Shown: positions 59,828 to 64,000 of the stretch, in pieces
Position numbering within the stretch: the first letter of the stretch is position 1
Layout: each line of letters opens with the position of its first letter
Source of the DNA: Balanoglossus misakiensis
Lineage: Eukaryota > Animalia > Hemichordata
NCBI GenBank assembly: GCA_040954595.2
Contig: CM082577.2
Coordinates: 16,065,903-16,129,902 of the forward strand
Length of the DNA: 64,000 bases
Direction: 5' to 3'
The notes under the pieces: model-generated
Databases searched by the model: none
The model's input: only the letters and a program-made list of their open reading frames with translations
Told to the model about the DNA's origin: nothing
Position numbers and translations under genes: made by a program

Positions 59828-61429
59828 CATAATATCACTTTCAGCTTGTGCATGTCAATTGCAAGATCTTGTTATACTTCATGAATGTCCTAACAGGGTC
59901 TTCCAAATTCCAACTTGACATTTGAATGACCTTCTCGAACTTTCCAAATATTTTCGGAATATATACAACTATGAAATAACAATGTCTTGTGACAACTGGG
60001 TACTGGGGATTTAACTGTTCCAATTAATGCATATTAGCCATAATATGTAGCATTAACTTGTTAAACATTGATCAATCTGACAATCTGATTGGTTCCACCA
60101 TGGAGCACTCTCAAAGCTGGGTACCTCATTTGCATGCATAATTAGGGGTTTTATTTCAAATGAAGGACGCCCTATTCTCATTATCGGTGACCGTTCGACG
60201 ATTTTTCAGCGCAGAAAAAATCGTCAAAATACAGTTTGAAAGGTGAGTGATTCTCATGATTTTGGTATCTTCCAAATGTTTAAGGTCTCCGGTTTCGCCC
60301 ACGAAAAAAAATTGTGAAAATGACGAGTATTTTTTGAAACATGGGTTAAATACAAGTTTTGTAGGCCTGTGTACACGGCCTGATAAAACACTGCGTCATT
60401 TTCGTTGGCAAGCCATTTTTTTCGTTTAAGTAACTGTTTTAATCCGTTTTGGACATTTATAGTGAGAAAATGTATGGTTGTAGGGTGTTCTTGATCGTTA
60501 CTCAAGGAAGACGTACCTCTGAAGTTAGGTCAGTCGATCGGAGAATTTCGCGTAATCCAAAATGGCGGCCAGTGTTAACAGTGTGCACAGCACAGCCCTA
60601 GCCAAACCAAACCGCGAGGTGTGGCATTGCACGATTGTGTGCATTCGGCATTGTCTTTGCGAGCGCTTGTTGCGAGTTTTTTTCTAAACGGTAGTTTTCT
60701 GTGCCTTATTTTGCAGATTGTTAAAGTAACCAATTCGGCCAGTACAGATGTGTACGTGGATCAACATTTGAATTAGTCATAGACCAGTATTTTCTCTTTT
60801 TAATGACAGTGTTGATTGAGAAAGTATTCCTGTAATATTCAAATATCAAATATATCATTTGATTGTGGATGATATTTGATTTCATTCAAATAAAATGTTG
60901 GAAAGAAACGTATTTTGTTGGAAAAGGAGAGTGTGTGGATCACTGGCATTGAGCATATCCAGTAAGGAAGCTTAATTGCTAAAATTCCATAACGTCTGTT
61001 GTGCTGCTGGATATGTTTCCCAACAGGAGTTAAACCTTACTGCAACAAGACTTCTCATGTGGAAGGCATCTTCCTGTACTAGTAAGTTGCAGAAGTGGCA
61101 TTTTAATCTGTTTATCCGGTTTGTGGCTGAAAGAATTCGGTTTTCAGAAGGAAAAGGCAGATTTCTGTGAAAGATTCCATGCGTGTGAAAAAGCATCTTA
61201 GCAGTGTCTGTAAAACCTACCACAGTGTCTCAAAAGCAGTTGAACATTGTCAGAGACTCCGCTGTCAAGGAGTCCTAAATTCAACCCAGATTGCAAAGTG
61301 TGTCAAAAACACTTTCCTAGTCAAGGAAAAGACACTGATAAACAAAAGATTGATGCAATTACGCAGTGGAAATAAACATAGCACATCCCTTTTGCTTACA
61401 CATATTGAAGCCCGACTGTCAAAGTAGAA

Positions 61430-62445
61430 ACTTCATACAGAGAAGATGCTTGAGCTATCAGAAGCATCATGTGACAGTTGTGTTTGGAGAGGGAGAATCT
61501 GTTTTACACTTGAAACCATCCCATTCATGTGACATTCATAAAGAGGTGGCAAACAGTCTTGGTTTACCAGAAAAACAGTTTTAAATTGACTTCTGATGGT
61601 CGGCCTATGTATGGCTCTTTTCAGTCACACAAACTGCACACAAAAGTGTTGCATGTAAATATCTCTGGGCTTGGTGGTGTACGGTCTCTGAAAGCAAAAG
61701 CTCATCCAGATCAAGAGACATGTGACCCATGTGGCAAGTGTGGATTGGCAAAAGCAAATCAACGGTATCATGTTGTGGACAAACCCCAGGAATACATACA
61801 GTGGTTGAAAACTAAGGCTGGTAATCATAATTGTTGCTTGTGCAATTTTTGTTGATTAGCATTAGAAAGAGAGTTTTCAGGAAAAGAAAAACCCAAAGGG
61901 AAAAATCCCTTAAGCACGGAGGTGATATGTTTCATTTGTAATTCTGGTAGCCCGGTTTTACATTCTACTGAAGTTGAGGACAAAAATCTTTTCCTTGCCC
62001 AGTTCAACCTCCACACTCATGATATCCGAACAATTCCTAAAAGTGTGTCTCTTTGCACAGAGCACTATAACAGATGGATGGAGAAAAACAAAAAACACTG
62101 CAGCATGCCAGATTGTGGGAAACGTATTACATCAACTGTAAAGTGTCATTATGCCTAAAATGTTGATTTGGTGAACGGTTTTTTCATGATCATGGTATGC
62201 ACATGAACTTAAGCCTTGAAGAAAAAAGTCCACTGTGTGGAAAATGTTAAATGCGTCATTACAATCTAGTGGAAAAGTTAAAAAAAATGTAGGTGGAATT
62301 TCACGTGACCATGATGTTCGGCAACTCATTGACGGTATTGCCTCACACATTATGAACGCAACTGATATTACAGAAAAATCACTCAATAAAATGTCAATTT
62401 TTATTGGGGAAAAATTGTTGAAAAGGGAGCCAATCCTCTTACAGT
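61430..62445 (+). pseudogene. Decayed ORF: ubiquitin-like domain ending GLGG followed by a Cys-rich region (possibly an Academ-type transposase N-terminus)
   Basis: VTVVFGEG...EVANSLGLPEKQF/KLTSDGRPM...LHVNISGLGG, then CDPCGKC, CCLCNFC, CFIC, CTEHY, CSMPDC. Contains stops and frameshifts. Confidence 0.45.
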
Positions 62446-64000
62446 TTTCGGACGTTTGGATTGGAGAACGTCCAAGTAAATTTCTTTGGAGATGTCATTG
62501 ATACGCTTGTTGACCCCTTTGCTAGAAACTTTGTCGTTGGTGCCACCAAAGCAGTAATAGCACTTACTGTTGAGAGCGATGATGCCCTTTCCACTTTAAA
62601 CAAACCAGTTGTTCTCTTGTCGAACTGCAGGTGTTCTCGCCTTGGAAACCAATGATGGTTTTCGGCATCATATTGGGGTCGGAGATCTGGTTTGACAAGG
62701 CTGTCGAGGGTGTCTGTCGAAATCGCAATGTATGCGGAATTTGTATCCATTTCCACGTATTGGAAATCAGATCGGTTGAAAAATTTGCACATGAAATCAT
62801 AATAGAACTCTAACATGCATAGCTTGGCGTATTGATACACAAAAAGACCAATCTGCATGGGTTGATCGATACTGATGATTTTCTTGCTGCTGGATACTCC
62901 ATACGAGTCTTCGGAGATATCTGTCAATCTCCTAAAGTTTGGTGAGTTGACCAATTTGCTGGCTACCACCAAATTGCAGATCTTCACATCTACGTGTCTT
63001 TCTTTGTTCATGGGGGTTTTTCTGTATGCGCTGTTGCCGAGGAGTTTCATCATATCTCCCAGTACAGCTTTCGTCGCATCGACATCCCCTTGTCTACGGG
63101 CTCCCGGTACAGACTCACCGAACTGTTTAATACATGGTTTCGGTGTATATTCCAGAACCTGGTGCACTTTTGTTACCACAAGGCCGTGTTCAAGGTACCA
63201 CTTAAGTAGAGGAGTAGTGATGAGCAGATGTTCTTCGTGAAGGCTTCCTATCAAAGAGCGACAAGGAGATCTCAGCTGGTCATGCTCCGCAGCAAACGAA
63301 CACATGTGTTCGCCTATATCCGACCTGCATATTTGAACATTTTTAAATATGGGACACATCTCGGAGAAATAATCTATCAGGCATTCAGGCACATTGATGT
63401 CGCATTCGAGCATACCAAAGACATTGCCCTAGCGGACGGCTTCTAAAATTTCTTCCTCCTTGACCATGTACGCTCTGTCGAGGTATCGATCATTTCTGCC
63501 CTGCCTGAACGCTTTCAAACTGGCATCTGTACGTCTCATGCCTCGATTACACTCCCACATGATGACCAATTCAAATCCAATGTCTTGAATGTACCTGTCG
63601 TTCTTGAGCGTGTCTCTGTAGAGCTCTTGCATGGACTTTCCTCGAATTTCATTGACATCTTCCCCCCCCCCCCCCCCAATTCAAATCGCAATCATGTCCG
63701 TGCCAATAGCACCCATGAAACTGATAAACGGTGTTGGTACTTCGACAAAAGCCATCCACGAGGAGTTGTCGACTGCCAAGAAGTTGTTCTCTGGCATTTC
63801 CTTTGTGCTGGATGTGAATGCCGTCGTTTGCTGCCCCATATTCGAGCCATTTCACAGCTATGGGTTCGGATGATCGGCGTCGGAAGTGGTCACCAGCCGT
63901 TCTGCGAACATAGAACCCCGTGGGCATGTCCTGCATCAATGCCCATAAGTATAATGCATTGGCGTCATATCCGACAATCTTCTCACAGCATTTCTCATTT
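62439..64000 (-). pseudogene. Polinton/Maverick-type protein-primed DNA polymerase B, decayed; runs off the window
   Basis: YDANALYLWALMQDMPTG (motif A), KLLGNSAYRK (motif B), EMDTNSAY (motif C), and an inserted VDGF...YQFHGCYWHGHDC Vsr-like nuclease segment. Frameshifted. Confidence 0.88.

Overview
Eukaryotic, AT-rich, intron-containing DNA that is almost entirely transposon-derived. A marine invertebrate animal is likely, inferred from the repeat families. I found no clear host gene, rRNA, tRNA or CRISPR array. Main structures: (1) a complete animal CACTA/EnSpm element (22294-33507) with an intact 824-aa transposase and a spliced second gene whose N-terminus looks like a CIDE-N domain; (2) a spliced RecQ-like helicase gene (34980-50452) convergent with DUF6589/Academ-like transposase genes, i.e. 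an AcademH-type arrangement. The helicase is split just before its DEAH box by a decayed BEL/Pao LTR retrotransposon (35447-48579), which itself contains a young Ty3/Gypsy element with identical LTRs and a core-deleted integrase (40906-46691); (3) a decayed Polinton-type protein-primed DNA polymerase B at the right edge; (4) Kolobok-, hAT-, CACTA- and Academ-like MITEs, two minisatellite arrays, a 1906-bp tandem duplication and a ~515-bp dispersed duplication; (5) long hairpins of diverged or unrelated sequence that keep strand-specific tandem GA/GA mismatches and GNA/GNNA loops, suggesting a conserved single-stranded structure. All family assignments come from motif recognition by eye, not database searches.
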